Assembly: GCA_030390025.1 (NCBI GenBank)
Contig: CM059432.1
Location: forward strand, 868,001-932,000
DNA: 64,000 bases
From: Squalus acanthias
Taxonomy: Eukaryota
Direction: 5' to 3'
Every line of letters begins with the position of its first letter. Position 1 is the stretch's first letter. Under the pieces are notes generated by a model, which saw only the letters and a program-made list of their open reading frames with translations, had not been told where the DNA came from and ran no database searches. Below, piece by piece: positions 50,057 to 61,727 of this stretch. The translations under genes were made by a program, and so were the position numbers.

Positions 50057-50502
50057 GAAAAGAAAGACTTGCATTTATATAGCGCCTTTCACAACCACCG
50101 GACGTCCCAAAGCGCTTTACAGCCAATGAAGTACTTTTGAAGTCACTGTTGTAATGTAGGCAACGCGGCAGCCAACTCCCACAAACACCACAGTTATAAT
50201 GACCAGATAATCTGTTTTAGTGATGTTGATTGGGGGATAAATATTGGACAGGACACCGGGGATAACTCCCCTGCTCTTCTTCCAATAATGCCATGTGATC
50301 TTTTACGTCCACCTGAGAGAGCAGACGGAGCCTCGGTTTAACGTCTCATCCGAAAGATGGCACCTCTGACAGTGCAGCACTCCCTCAGCACTGCACTGGG
50401 AGTGTCAGCCTAGATTTTTGTGCTCAAGTCTCTGGAGTGGGACTTGAACCCACAACCTTCTGACTCAGAGGCGAGAATGCTACCCACTGAGCCATGGTTG
50501 AC
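50057..50502 (-). mobile_element. Full-length DeuSINE
   Basis: Head, Deu core and tail all present; single unexpanded 33-bp segment. Confidence 0.85.
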
Positions 50503-51018
50503 AATCATACAGCACAGAAGTAGGCCATTCAGCCCATCGTGCCTGTGCTGGCTCTTTGAAAGAGCTCTCCAATTAGTCCCACTCTCCCACCACCTCCACC
50601 CCCGCCACCCCCGCTCTTTCCCCAGGCGAGAGTGCTTCCAATTTAGTCACGGCAGACAGTGGGGGATATGGCGAGAATGTGGGATTCATTTATCAACAGG
50701 GGACGGGCTAATGAGCCACTGGTGGTTGGGCACCGAGTGTTTCACCTGGGTGCAGGAGTACGGCAGAGGGAAAAGACCAGCTGGTCCATCAAGCCTGACC
50801 CACACCCTGATAGCCGGAGCGTCCTGACCACACACCCTTTAAACGCTCCGCTCCCACGCAGCCATTTAATCTCCTGCGATTATTATTTCTCCATCTGGAA
50901 AGAGTACTAAAGCCAGCATGCCAGTAAACGGGTGTTAAAGGATTAGTTTGCTACAGTGTATGTTTCCTATTGTTGGCTATTGTATTGTCTGAACTGTGAG
51001 CTGAATGTTGTTTGGCAG

Positions 51019-51153
51019 CATGTCGCTGTAACAATGCTGGAACTCTACCTGAACTCTGTGATGACTCTGGGAGGTGTCTGTGTCGGCCAGAATTTACCGG
51101 CAGTCAGTGTGATCAATGTCGCCCAGGATATCACTCATTCCCACGCTGTCAAG
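51019..51153 (+). CDS. LAMA3: Laminin alpha exon, LE6
   Basis: ggcAG|...|GTagga, 135 bp, phase 1-1; (S)[44 protein letters not shown]. Confidence 0.92.
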
Positions 51154-51372
51154 GTAGGAGTTTTGTTTCTTAATAACTGAAACATACTGAATTTATATGC
51201 TGCGCTCAAATCTTGTGTATTTGTATATCGCACGACTTTGATTAATATTTGTAGGGTAGCTAACATTTTACGTCAATGTTTAATGCAAAATAATGTTTTA
51301 AAAGAGACTTTCACAACCTCAGGACGTCCCAAAGCCCTTTACACCAATGAAGGACTTTTTGAAGGGCAGTCA

Positions 51373-52550
51373 TAAGAACATAAGAACATAAGAAATAGGA
51401 GCAGGAGTAGGCCATTCGGCCCTTCGAGCCTGCTCTGCCATTCAATGAGATCATGGCTGATCTTCTGCCTCAACTCCATTCACCGGCCCTATCGCCATAT
51501 CCCTTGATGCCCTTACTAGTCAGAAATCTATCGACTTCTGTTTTGAATATACTCAACGACTGAGCCTCCACAGCCCTCTGGGGTAGAGAATTCCAAAGAT
51601 TCGCCACCCTCTGTGTGAAGAAATTTCTTCTCATCTCAGTCCTGAATGGCCTACCCTTTATCCTGAGGCTGTGGCCCCTGGTTCTAGACTCCCCAGCCAA
51701 GGGAAACATTCTCCCAGCATCCACCCTATCAAGCCCTGTAATAATTTTGTATGCTTCAATGAGATCCCCTCTCATTCTTCTGAATTCAAGAGAATACAGG
51801 CCTAGTTTACTCAATCTCTTCTCATACGACAGTCCCGCCATCCCAGGAATCAATCTCGTGAACCTTCGTTGCACTCCTTCTATGGCAAGCATATCCTTTC
51901 TTAGGTAAGGAGACCAAAATTGTACACTGTACTCCAGGTGTGGTCTCACCAAGGCCCTATATAATTGGAGTAAGACTTCTTTACTCCTGTACTCAAATCC
52001 TCTTGTAATGAAGGCCAGCATACCATTTGCCTTCCTAATGGCTTGCTGCACCTGCACATTCACTTTGTGACTCATTTACAAGGACACCCAGGTCCCTTTG
52101 AGCATCTGCATTCCCCAATCTTTCACCATTTAGGAAATACTCTGCCTTTCTGTTTTTTCTACCAAAGTGGATAACTTCATATTTATCCACATTATATTCC
52201 ATCTGCCATGTTCTCGCCCACTCACTGAGCCTGTCGAGATCCACTTGAAGCCTCTTCACATCCTTTTCGCAACTAACACTGCCACCTAGCTTTGTATCAT
52301 CAGCAAATTTGGAAATGTTCCATTTAGTCCCCTCATCCAAATCATTGATATAGATTGTGAATAGCTGGGGCCCAAGCACCGATCCTTGCGGTACCCCACT
52401 AGTCATAGCCTGCCATCCTGAAAAAGACCTGTTTATCCCTACTCTTTGTTTTCTGTCTGTTAACCAATTCTCAATCCATGCTAGTATATTACCCCCAATT
52501 CCATGTGCCTTAATTTTGTTCACCAACCTCTTGTGTGGGACCTTATCAAA
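51373..52550 (-). mobile_element. 5'-truncated CR1 LINE
   Basis: ORFs 52035-52580 (FDKVPH...GVPQGSVLGP...KFADDTKL) and 51470-52075 joined by one frameshift; tail (taagaaca)n. Confidence 0.93.
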
Positions 52551-52775
52551 GTTACTGTTGTAATGCAGGAAACGCAGCATCCAATTTGCTCACAGCAAGC
52601 TCCCACAAAAATTGTGATAATGACCAGATAATCTGTTTTAGTGATGACAATTGAGGGATAAATATTGGCCGGGACACCAGGGAGAACTCTCCCGCAAATA
52701 GTGCCATGAGACCTTTTACGTCTACCTGAGAGGGCAGATGGGGCCTTTGTTTAACGTCTCATCTGAAATACAGCA

Positions 52776-53601
52776 CCTCCGACAGTGCAGCGCTCCCTCA
52801 GTACTGCCCCTCCGACAGTGCAGCGCTCCCTCAGTACTGCCCCTCCGACAGTGCAGCGCTCCCTCAGTACTGCCCCTCCGACAGTGCAGCGCTCCCTCAG
52901 TACTGCCCCTCCCCCAACAGTGCAGCACTCTCTCAGTACTGCCCCTCCGACAGTGCGGCGCTCCCTCAGTACTGCCCCTCCGACAGTGCGGTGCTCCCTC
53001 AGTACTGCCCTTCCGACAGTGCAGCACTCCCTCAGTACCGACCCTCCGACAGGGCAGCGCTCCCTCAGTACTGACCCTCCGACAGTGCGGCGCTCCCTCA
53101 GTACTGCCCTTCCGACAGTGCGGCACTCCCTCAGTACTGCCCCTCCGACAGTGCGGCGCTCCCTCAGTACTGCCCCTCCGACAGTGCAGCACTCCCTCAG
53201 TACCGACCCTCCAACAGTGCAGCACTCCCTCAGTACTGCCCCTCCGACAGTGCAGCGCTCCCTCAGTACTGCCCCTCCGACAGTGCAGCGCTCCCTCAGT
53301 ACTGCCCCTCCGACAGTGCTGCGCTCCCTCAGTACTGCCCTTCCGACAGTGCGGCGTTCCCTCAGTACCGCCCCTCCGACAGTGCGGCGCTCCCTCAGTA
53401 CCGCCCCTCCGACAGTGCGGCGCTCCCTCAGTACCGCCCCTCCGACAGTGCGGCGCTCCCTCAGTACTGCCCCTCCAACAGTGCAGCGCTCCCTCAGTAC
53501 AGCCCCTCCGACAGTGCAGCGCTCCCTCAGTCCTGCCCCTCCGACAGTGCGGCACTCCCTCAGTAGTGCCTCTCCGACAGTGCGGCTCTCCCTCAGTACT
53601 G
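52776..53601 (-). repeat. 33-bp minisatellite, ~25 copies (same unit as 9508-9936)
   Basis: Unit cctccgacagtgcrgcgctccctcagtactgcc on the + strand. Confidence 0.97.
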
Positions 53602-53740
53602 GCACTGGGAGCATCAACCTAGATTTTGTGCTTAAATCTGGAGTGACTTTCTGACTCCAGGGCGAGAGTTCTGCCCACTGACCTACTGCTGACACTAACA
53701 CAATGTCTTGCTCAAGATGCCAATTCCTGTTTATCTGCAG

Positions 53741-53875
53741 CTTGTTCCTGTGAACCTGTGGGATCAGTAGACAACAACTGTGACGCTACAGGACGGTGTC
53801 ACTGCCGTCAGAATTACGCAGGACCAGCATGCACCCAGTGTGCGTACAGATACTATGGTTACCCCGCTTGTTCGC
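53741..53875 (+). CDS. LAMA3: Laminin alpha exon, LE7 (alpha5-like module)
   Basis: tgcAG|...|GTaagt, 135 bp, phase 1-1; (A)CSCEPVGSVDNNCDATGRCHCRQNYAGPACTQCAYRYYGYPACS. Confidence 0.92.
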
Positions 53876-53897
53876 GTAAGTGCTCAACAAATATTTT

Positions 53898-56663
53898 GGC
53901 TGGAAGTTTCCAGGGTGATCGGAGGTGGGTCGGGTGGGAAAGTTATTATTTTTCAGGGCGGGTCGGGAACCCACTGTCCGCTCCCACGTGCCTTTCCCCC
54001 AGGCGCGTCTGTCAGCCCAGACTCGACCGACAGAGGTGACGACTCAATTTAAATTATTCGTAGCGAGTTGTCAGACCCTAAAGAGTGGTTTTAACCTTAC
54101 CTTTTAAATTTACCTGCATAGCCACGGGAAACACACTGCTCGGGAACCACGTCTGTCAACCTGAAGTGGGAGTTCAGTGGCCATTGCTCCAGCTGTTTAG
54201 TTGACAGCATCAAATGTACTATAAAAGCTCCCACCTGACAGATGATCACTTTCCTCAGGCAGAAGCTGTTTCTCACTGCATTCCCAGCACAGATTCTGCA
54301 GGCTGCAGTCTTTCCAGCAAAGTCTCCAGCCACTGTCACCTCATTGGAAGAACCTCTCTCACCATTGACAGATTGCTTCTGTCATCTCTATTTCATCTGC
54401 CATCTATCCCATTAGCACGGATGCCGTTTATATTGTCTCACCTTGGTCCTCAGAATCTGACCACGATCAGCCCCAACACCAGCAGCACCAGATACACCAG
54501 CAGCACCAACCACAACACCAACCTTCTCCGCAATCACCTGATGCTGCACAGGGCAGAGGGTATCAGCACCCGAGCACATTGCTGCCCAGGAGGCTAGGGA
54601 TGGCCTCATCATGGCCAGATTTACTTCACTTGACGCTGTATACCCACATGATGCACCAGGTTGGCACCACCCCACACCAACACCATAAAGCATCCCACGC
54701 CATTCCTTTCACACTCACCACCATTGCGGGGGGTACCATTATGTCTTACCATTCACTGCAACTCACTAAGCCACTTCCAAAGGTGCACACAAATGTGTCC
54801 AAGACGGGAAAGTGCTGAAAATAAAGATTTTTATGTTTGACAGCACATTAATGGAAACTTTACATGAACATTGGATAAAACACCCAAGTGGCTACCCTTG
54901 TGAGTCTACTTGTGTGTCATCTTTCTCTTCTGCGTGCTTCTATGAGATGCTAGCCCTGTGGCTTCAGCAGAGGTAGGGGCAACCTTGTTGCGCATCAGTG
55001 GGGCAATGAGGACATCCCTCCTAAAGAGGAGGTGTCTGAGCCTCTGCCATCTATTCTCCATACATAGCCATCTATCCTCCATAGAGACCATGTGCTCCTG
55101 TGAGTGGCGCATTAGCTGCTCCATGCAGGTGGCCATCCTATCCATGGAGGAGCCTACAGTCGCCATCGCCTGCAACACGGTGGTGCTCATGTTGGAGATG
55201 GACTCCTCCATTCTCTGAACATTTGCGGACATCGCGCTCGCAAAACCTGTCAGAGCCCCCTGCACTTCTTCCTGCACCTCCAGGATCGCCCTCTTTCTGG
55301 ATGGCCCCCGAGGCTCAGCGACTGCATGCACTCGCGACGGCGTGGACTCTCCACTGCTGTCCCTGTCTCCACCATCTGCTCTTGCTCACTTGTGACTTGT
55401 GACACACCAGGTAACAACACTACTCTATCTCGCGTGGCACCCATCGAGGTGTGCGTCTCTGCGCTGGTGCTGGGTGTGCTTATGTCTGGTGACAGTGTGC
55501 CCTCAGAGGCTGGAGGCTCCTCTGAGGAGTCGTCTTCCTCCTGGACAGTGGTGGGGGGCGGGGGCCTCTTGATGGACCTGTGGGAGAGTAAAGAGATGAG
55601 TTCGATATGTCATATGAAGAATGGGGACAGATATCATTATGCACATGATGACCATTCAGTGGCTGCTGACATCAGTCCCCATATGAGTGACTGATGTATG
55701 CCATGTAGCTGTATGATATGTAATTCTGTCACCATGTTGCTGAGATGTCCCCCTCTCTCTGTCTCCCACCTCCAGCTGCTCCGCATCTCCAGATATTTCT
55801 AAAGCAACCTCCTCTGCTGTTGTAATGTTTGCAAATGATGGAGGGCCACCGCCGGTTCTCCCCCTCTCTCTTATTTGGGCTCTTTTTTCCTGCAAGGAGG
55901 GAAAGAAGAGAAGGTTGAGTGAGAGTGATGGAATGAGTGTAAGGAATGGATGGGTTAGATCTTTAGAGGGTGACTGTGATGGAGTGTGGTGCCAAAGCCA
56001 AGTGGCCTCCTTGTGTGTTGTTAGTTGGTATGATTGCACTAGGATGAGGGTGAGTGTGAGGGGTGGCTAGTGAGATGGGGATGTGATAATGTAGATAAAG
56101 AGAGAGGGATGGGTGGACGTGCAAGGTATGTTGGTGTGAGTAGTGGTGTACAGGGGTGGGGTTGGGAAGGCAGAGTGATGGGGATGTGATGAGAGGCACA
56201 GCAGGATGAAGGTGAGTGTGGCTTTGCACTCACATTGCCTGATCTAATGAGATCATTGAAAGGTTTGCGGCACTGCACCCAGGTCCTCCTGACCACATCT
56301 CTGCTGGTGACCTCCTCTGCTATCTCCAACCAGGCTGCGTTGATCTCCTGGGGAGGTCTCTTCCGTCCATTGGAAGGGAAGAGGACTTCCCTATGTGCTC
56401 TGACTATATGGAGGGAGTCATCGGAGAATCTGGGTGCAGCCCTCTGTGCAGTCATTGTCAGTGTTTGCACCGCTCTAATGCTGTAGTGCACTGACAGCAC
56501 TATGTTACATTGACATTCAAATCCAATGCAGCCATGGCCCCTTTAATGATCCCGGCTGAATAGGCCCTATTAAGGGAAAGTCATTTTCGGCAGCGGGATG
56601 GAGCTAGAAGCGGGGTCACGACCCGTCCGCACCGGATCCGCCCAGGTAGGCAAAATTCCGGCC
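53898..56663. mobile_element. Decayed PIF/Harbinger DNA transposon (Myb/SANT gene plus deleted transposase)
   Basis: Ends ggctggaagttt / aaattccggcc with TTT flanks; minus-strand Myb/SANT gene; plus-strand remnant ending EARDGLIMARF near 54590-54622. Confidence 0.75.
54906..56455 (-). pseudogene. Harbinger Myb/SANT-like (trihelix) DNA-binding protein gene, 3 exons, frameshifted
   Basis: Exon 56455-56234 MTAQRAAPRFSDD...AAWLEIAEEV...RRTWVQCRKPFNDL (GTgagt donor); exon 55889-55733 EKRAQIRERGRTGGGPP; exon from 55577 acidic/coiled-coil to stop at 54906, frame broken. Confidence 0.75.
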
Positions 56664-56712
56664 TTTCTTTTTCTCAGAGTACTTTTAGAACATGACTTTT
56701 AAGAAAGATAAA

Positions 56713-57473
56713 GGGCTGGATTTTGTCTTGGGGTCGGGTTGGGGTCGTGTAATCCGCATTTCGTGTTTCCCCCCCGACTCCAGATTAATGTGGATGAATG
56801 ATGCAATTTTCACTTAATTGGGCAATTGAGTTCCAGCATGTGGGAACCCATGAACCAGTTAGTGGTTTGAGTCTGAAAGTCGCCTCTGATGATGTCATCA
56901 TTGCTGACTGCCTAGTCTCAGAGACTGTTGGTGAGAGAGGACCTGCCTGGCTTGCTTTTGATGTGAGTGGACCTGGATGCAAAATATTGGGCGGGGGGAG
57001 AAAGAGAGAGAGAGAGAATATTTTTTGCATCCAAGTCCTCTCACAGCAAAGGCCAGGCAGTCTCTGAACACATTCAATGCAGCAGCGGCGACTTTCAGAC
57101 CTAATACTACTACTACCTTCATCACATCTCCGTTGTAATAGTGGACCTGCAGCTGATAGTCAGCTGTCCACTTGTGCTCCCGCCAGGTTTCACTGGAGTG
57201 TTTCACACCAGGCGTACTTCACGTCAGAAAAGGGTTAAACTAGCTAAAATGTTTCAAAATGGCATTACAGAGCCTATTTAGAGCTTGTTAAGGGCTTTAA
57301 TGGCCTCTCCCGCCTCTTGGAGGCGGGACGGAGTCGGGAACCCCGCGACTGATTTTGTCAAAATTGCGTGGAGGCGGGATGGAGTCGGGATGGGGTCGGA
57401 AACCCCGACCCCGCAAATTTAACTCCCCACACGCCTCCAAACCCGACTCCATGGGTCATCCAAAATCCAGCCC
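56713..57473. mobile_element. MITE, Harbinger-type
   Basis: Perfect 13-bp TIR gggctggattttg / caaaatccagccc, TSD AAA. Confidence 0.85.
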
Positions 57474-57784
57474 AAACAGTTGCACAACTTTTCCATGCAT
57501 ACCAACCAATGGCGCAAAGCAGAAAACCAGTACTAAAAAAGCTGATACAGCCCCTCCCCGCGCCTCCACGAAAAAACCTGACAGCTCAGAAACAAACAAC
57601 ATACAGCAGCCGTCAATAAAAGATCTGTGACTAAGACCACTGCTTCAGGGTCATTAGTTACCCTCCTTTTTATTAGATTTGTTTGCAGGACTTTTAGCCG
57701 TATTTTCGAATAACATTCTGCAATTTACAAAGCCATTCTATCCGCTCGAAGTGCAGTTCACTGATACACTGAACCCTCTCTACT

Positions 57785-58270
57785 GCCCCGTATCCTCACT
57801 CGCACTAAGTCTCGTTCCCCCATCACCCACTGTGCTTGCTGGTCTAACATTGGCCCCCAGTCCAGCAACGCCTCGATTTTAAAATTCTCATCCTTATATT
57901 CAAAGCCCTCCGTGGCCTCACCCCTCCCTAATCTCTGTAACCTCCTCCAGCCCACCAACCCTCCGAGATCTCTGTGTTCCTCCAAATCTGGCCTCTAGCA
58001 CATCCCTGATTTTCATCGCTCCACCATTGGCAGCCGTGCCTTCAGCTGCCTGGGCCCCGAGCTCTGGAATTACCTCATCAAACCTCTCCGCCTCTCTCTC
58101 CTCCTTTAAGATGCTCCTTAAAACCTACCTCTTTGACCAAGCTTTTAGTCACCTGTCCTAATATCTCCTTATGTGGCTCGGAGTCAAATTATGTTTGATA
58201 ATCGCTCCTGTGACGTGTCTTGGGACGTTTTACTATGTTAAAGGCGCTATATAAATGCAAGTTGTTGTTG
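57785..58270 (+). mobile_element. L2-type LINE 3' fragment
   Basis: Matches 25334-25895; tail aaggcgctatataaatgcaag(ttg)n. Confidence 0.85.
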
Positions 58271-58828
58271 TTTTCCTGCCACCTACCTTTCCCTTCCCCG
58301 CCCATCCTTCCTATTGTTTTCTCCCCCCCCTCCCCGCCGCCACTTGATTCCGCTCCAACCGGACTCCTGCTCTGCTCCCTTCTCCATGTGCCTGGAACAC
58401 TGATGGGTCATGATTGTAGCCTCTGCCATCATTTATTTTTGCAGGACCATCCTGAATCCTGACCTCTTGTTTTTTTTATGGTCCTTCCCCTCATGGCCCA
58501 CAATCACTTACTATCTTAAGTATCTACGGATATTTGCTGTTGGGTTTTGGTAGCAAGACAAGACGCACTCAGTGAGGCCAGTCTGGGGAGAATAGAGAAA
58601 AATATAAAAAAAGGAAAAATTTGCAGAGCTATGGGGAAAGAGCAGGGGGAGTGGGACTAATTGGAGAGCTCTTTCAAAAAGCCGGCACAGGCTCGATGGG
58701 CCGAATGACCTCCTTCTCTGCTGTATCATTCTATGATTCTATGAAAATCTTCTATGATTCTGTCTACAAATTCATTAGAGATCCATTTCCCGTCACTTTG
58801 ATCTTTGAGCAGTGATATTAGAACTATA

Positions 58829-59373
58829 GGCGTGGAATTTCGGGTGCCGCACAGAACGATCCCTGCGCTTGAATGGCGAGGCCAGAGGTGCACCTGAAAT
58901 TGGGCCTTGGGCCTGATTTCCATCGTGCCGGCGAAGTGCGTAGAGCAACGGGCAGCTCGTCGGCTCAGTGGGATTGAAGATCGGGCTGAAGTGGGGGGGT
59001 GGGGTGGATCGGGGATGGAGCGGTGATCGGTGGGTGGGGGGAAGCGGTGGGGAGAGAGGGCAGCAGCGGCCCGTGTTCTTGGAACGTGGCGCACTCCTGC
59101 TCCTCCCGGCTTCACATTTCGGTAAGTATATTTTGCACAATGACCTTATTGGTTGCGTCCTTTGGGGACCATCTGCTGGGCCACGTGTAGGCCTGGTTTT
59201 CCTGAGTTCCTCGGGGCAAACCGATCTTGCAGTGGGGGCGTCAAGCAGCTGTTAGAGACCTAAATTTTTTGTTGGCCTTTACCAATATGGCGGGCGGCGC
59301 ACTTCTGTCTCGTAATGAGCTGACGCTCCCTGTCCGCCTTATTGGAGGTCCAGGAGGCCGCTGAATTTCTAGA
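58829..59373. mobile_element. GC-rich MITE-like insert, degenerate ends
   Basis: Starts ggcgtggaatttc, ends gaatttctaga; CpG-rich block in an AT-rich intron. Confidence 0.45.
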
Positions 59374-59430
59374 TTAAAGTGTTTCTTTTTCTGTCATGTT
59401 GTGAGCATCCTTTACTTTTTTTTTTAAAAG

Positions 59431-59568
59431 CGTGTCAGTGCTCTGCTGATGGCTCTTATGATTCTGAATGTGACCCGACCACTGGACAGTGTAAATGCCG
59501 GCCACATGTCACTGGACAACGCTGTGATACTTGTACCTCCGGAGCTTATAACTTCCCTACTTGTCAAG
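59431..59568 (+). CDS. LAMA3: Laminin alpha exon, LE8
   Basis: (t)n aaaAG|...|GTagca, 138 bp, phase 1-1; (P)[45 protein letters not shown]. Confidence 0.92.
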
Positions 59569-60372
59569 GTAGCAGTGCTTATTTTTATTCTATGTTATTA
59601 TTGTTATTATTGCTCCTGTGAGACACGGCTTATATTTGTTACAATGGAAAGAATCCTGTATAAAAGGTGTTATTTTAATGTGATTAATTTACACTTAAAT
59701 GAGGAGATTTTCAAAAGATGTTGCAGGTAGCAGCATAGAAATTGCCTGAGCCTCTGTCACACCCACCGATTCCGCCACCTTTTCTCGTAACTGTAACTCA
59801 CAATGTGTCGCTAATCATCACTGAATCCTTTCTGCCAAATGGGTCCCAGTGGCTTATGAAATTTTTGAAAATACTTTCTATGAAAAGAAAACATTTGCAA
59901 GGCTACGGGGAAAGAGCGAAAGGAGTGAGACTAGTTGGAGAGCTCTTTCAAAGAGCCGGCACAGGCACAATGGGCCGAATGGCCTCCTTCTGTGCTGTAT
60001 GATTCTATGATTCTCATCAGCATGTAATTTACCCCTTGGCGAACATTGCTAATTTAGTTATTCTCTTGAGAAAGGCAAAACATCCAAGAAATAAAGGTCT
60101 GTGAAATGTCTCCTTGGCTGATCTGTATTTCAACTCTACCCGCCTTGGTTCTGTAACCCTTAATACCCTTGCCTAATAAAAATCCATCAATCTCAGTTTT
60201 GAAATTTTTAATTGACCCCCAGCCTCAGCAGCTTTTTGGGGGAGAGAGTTCCAGTATGGCAGGCTCGAGGGGATGAATAGCCTCCTACTGTGCTGTGATG
60301 TCAGTGAGTGTGGAGAGTAAGAGAACGAGCTTATTAAACATTTCTGTTCCTAATATATGGCATTCTTTTCAG

Positions 60373-60425
60373 TTACTGACTGTCATTCAGCTGGTACAGC
60401 AAGTCATGCTCCACCGTCTCATTTT
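60373..60425 (+). CDS. LAMA3: Laminin alpha short exon, LE9 first part
   Basis: ttttcAG|...|GTaagt, 53 bp, phase 1-0, bridges the flanking exons in frame; (V)TDCHSAGTASHAPPSHF. Confidence 0.82.
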
Positions 60426-60938
60426 GTAAGTATATGTTGGTGTTTTTTAAGTAAAAGTACATGGGACTGAAAATGTCCTTTTGGCACAGATGCGAGTTGC
60501 ATTGCTGCGAAGAGATCTGCCCCACGCTGAGAGCTAATGGACCGTTGCCAATGGTTATGGCTCACAAGCTCCGTTCTGGTCCCTGACTTGTGGTGTGGCT
60601 CAGATCCAACTGGGTGAGACCAAACCAGCACCGATTCACGCAAATGTATTTTCAAAGGAGCACTTGTATTTTTAAAAACAACAGCGGGCTTGGTGTGCGT
60701 AGACGCAAGAGTCTGAATATCATCAACGCGAATTGTTGGAAATTATGTTATCTGCTTGGCAGCGTTCAGTGACACAGCCCAGGCCAGGTGTACATATTGA
60801 AATGCTCATTGCATATTAATTTATGAATGCAGTGTGATGACTTGTAGAGACAGCAAGAGTTTTGCAGGCCAACTCCACTAGGCCGACTGTATTTGCTCAG
60901 GGAAACATCAAGGGAATGAATAGTCCATGACCTTGCAC

Positions 60939-61295
60939 TAGGGTTGCCAACCCTCCAGGAATCCCCTGGAGTCTCCAGGAATTTAAGACTAATCTCCAGG
61001 ACACAGCTGCGAGAAAACTCGGGAGAAAAACCATCGGGGGATTTAAAAATTGTGTTTTATAAAAGAAATTTCTTTGAACACTTTTCTTTATTATTTATAA
61101 TAATATTAGACATGAGATAAAAGGCTGTTTGACTGGCTGTCCAGAATCATCCAATCAGGTAACGAAAGTCTATTCGCTTTCCAATTGGCCGTGGGAGGGT
61201 GACCAATGGCGGAAGTGTGTGTGGGGGGGGGGGGGGGTCAGAGGTCATGTGATGACACCTCTAGGAATACGCCCAATCAGAGTTGGCAACCCCTA
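60939..61295. mobile_element. hAT (Blackjack/Tip100-like) MITE
   Basis: TIR tagggttgccaac / gttggcaaccccta, 8-bp TSD ccttgcac/ccttacac. Confidence 0.8.
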
Positions 61296-61539
61296 CCTTA
61301 CACACAGAAATGATAAACTTGTGAATTTACATCGGAGTAAAGTGTTAAAATAAATGTAGATTGGGGCACACGCCCAGCTTACTAAAGTGTAAATAACTAA
61401 CGATGAGCTGAAGTGTAAAAGGTCTGTGCTCGTTATTTTATAATGGTACTGACTGACCCAAGATCAAATTGCCTTACGAAGTACATTTTAGTTTTTGTGT
61501 GAATGCCTTTTATATTCAGACAACTTTCCTGTTAAACAG

Positions 61540-61639
61540 GATTCTTGCCATTGCCTGGCAAATGTCGAGGGTTCTAAATGTGAGCAATGTAAGAGACTCT
61601 ACTGGAACCTAGCTGAAGGGAATCCTGAAGGTTGTATCG
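61540..61639 (+). CDS. LAMA3: Laminin alpha exon, LE9 second part
   Basis: aacAG|...|GTaagt, 100 bp; DSCHCLANVEGSKCEQCKRLYWNLAEGNPEGCI (CKxLYWNL is alpha3-type). Confidence 0.93.
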
Positions 61640-61727
61640 GTAAGTAATCCATGTCTTTCTTACCTCGGTTAAGATGGCTGGGCAGTATTGTAGACCTGTT
61701 CACTGTATGGGCAGTGGCTTTGCTTCT

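Larger units (their letters stand above)
51303..53697 (-). mobile_element. DeuSINE carrying a nested CR1 and a minisatellite
   Basis: Tail 51303-51372, resumes at 52551 (agtca/agtta junction); head 53600-53697. Confidence 0.8.

Noticed and set aside
52722..53701. Repetitive 277-316 aa ORFs
   Set aside because: Same 33-bp SINE minisatellite, open in multiple frames.
586..61639. Calling the gene LAMA5 or a netrin
   Set aside because: More than three LE repeats excludes netrin. The LE count is alpha5-like, but several diagnostic residues favour alpha3. LAMA5 is not fully excluded without a phylogeny.
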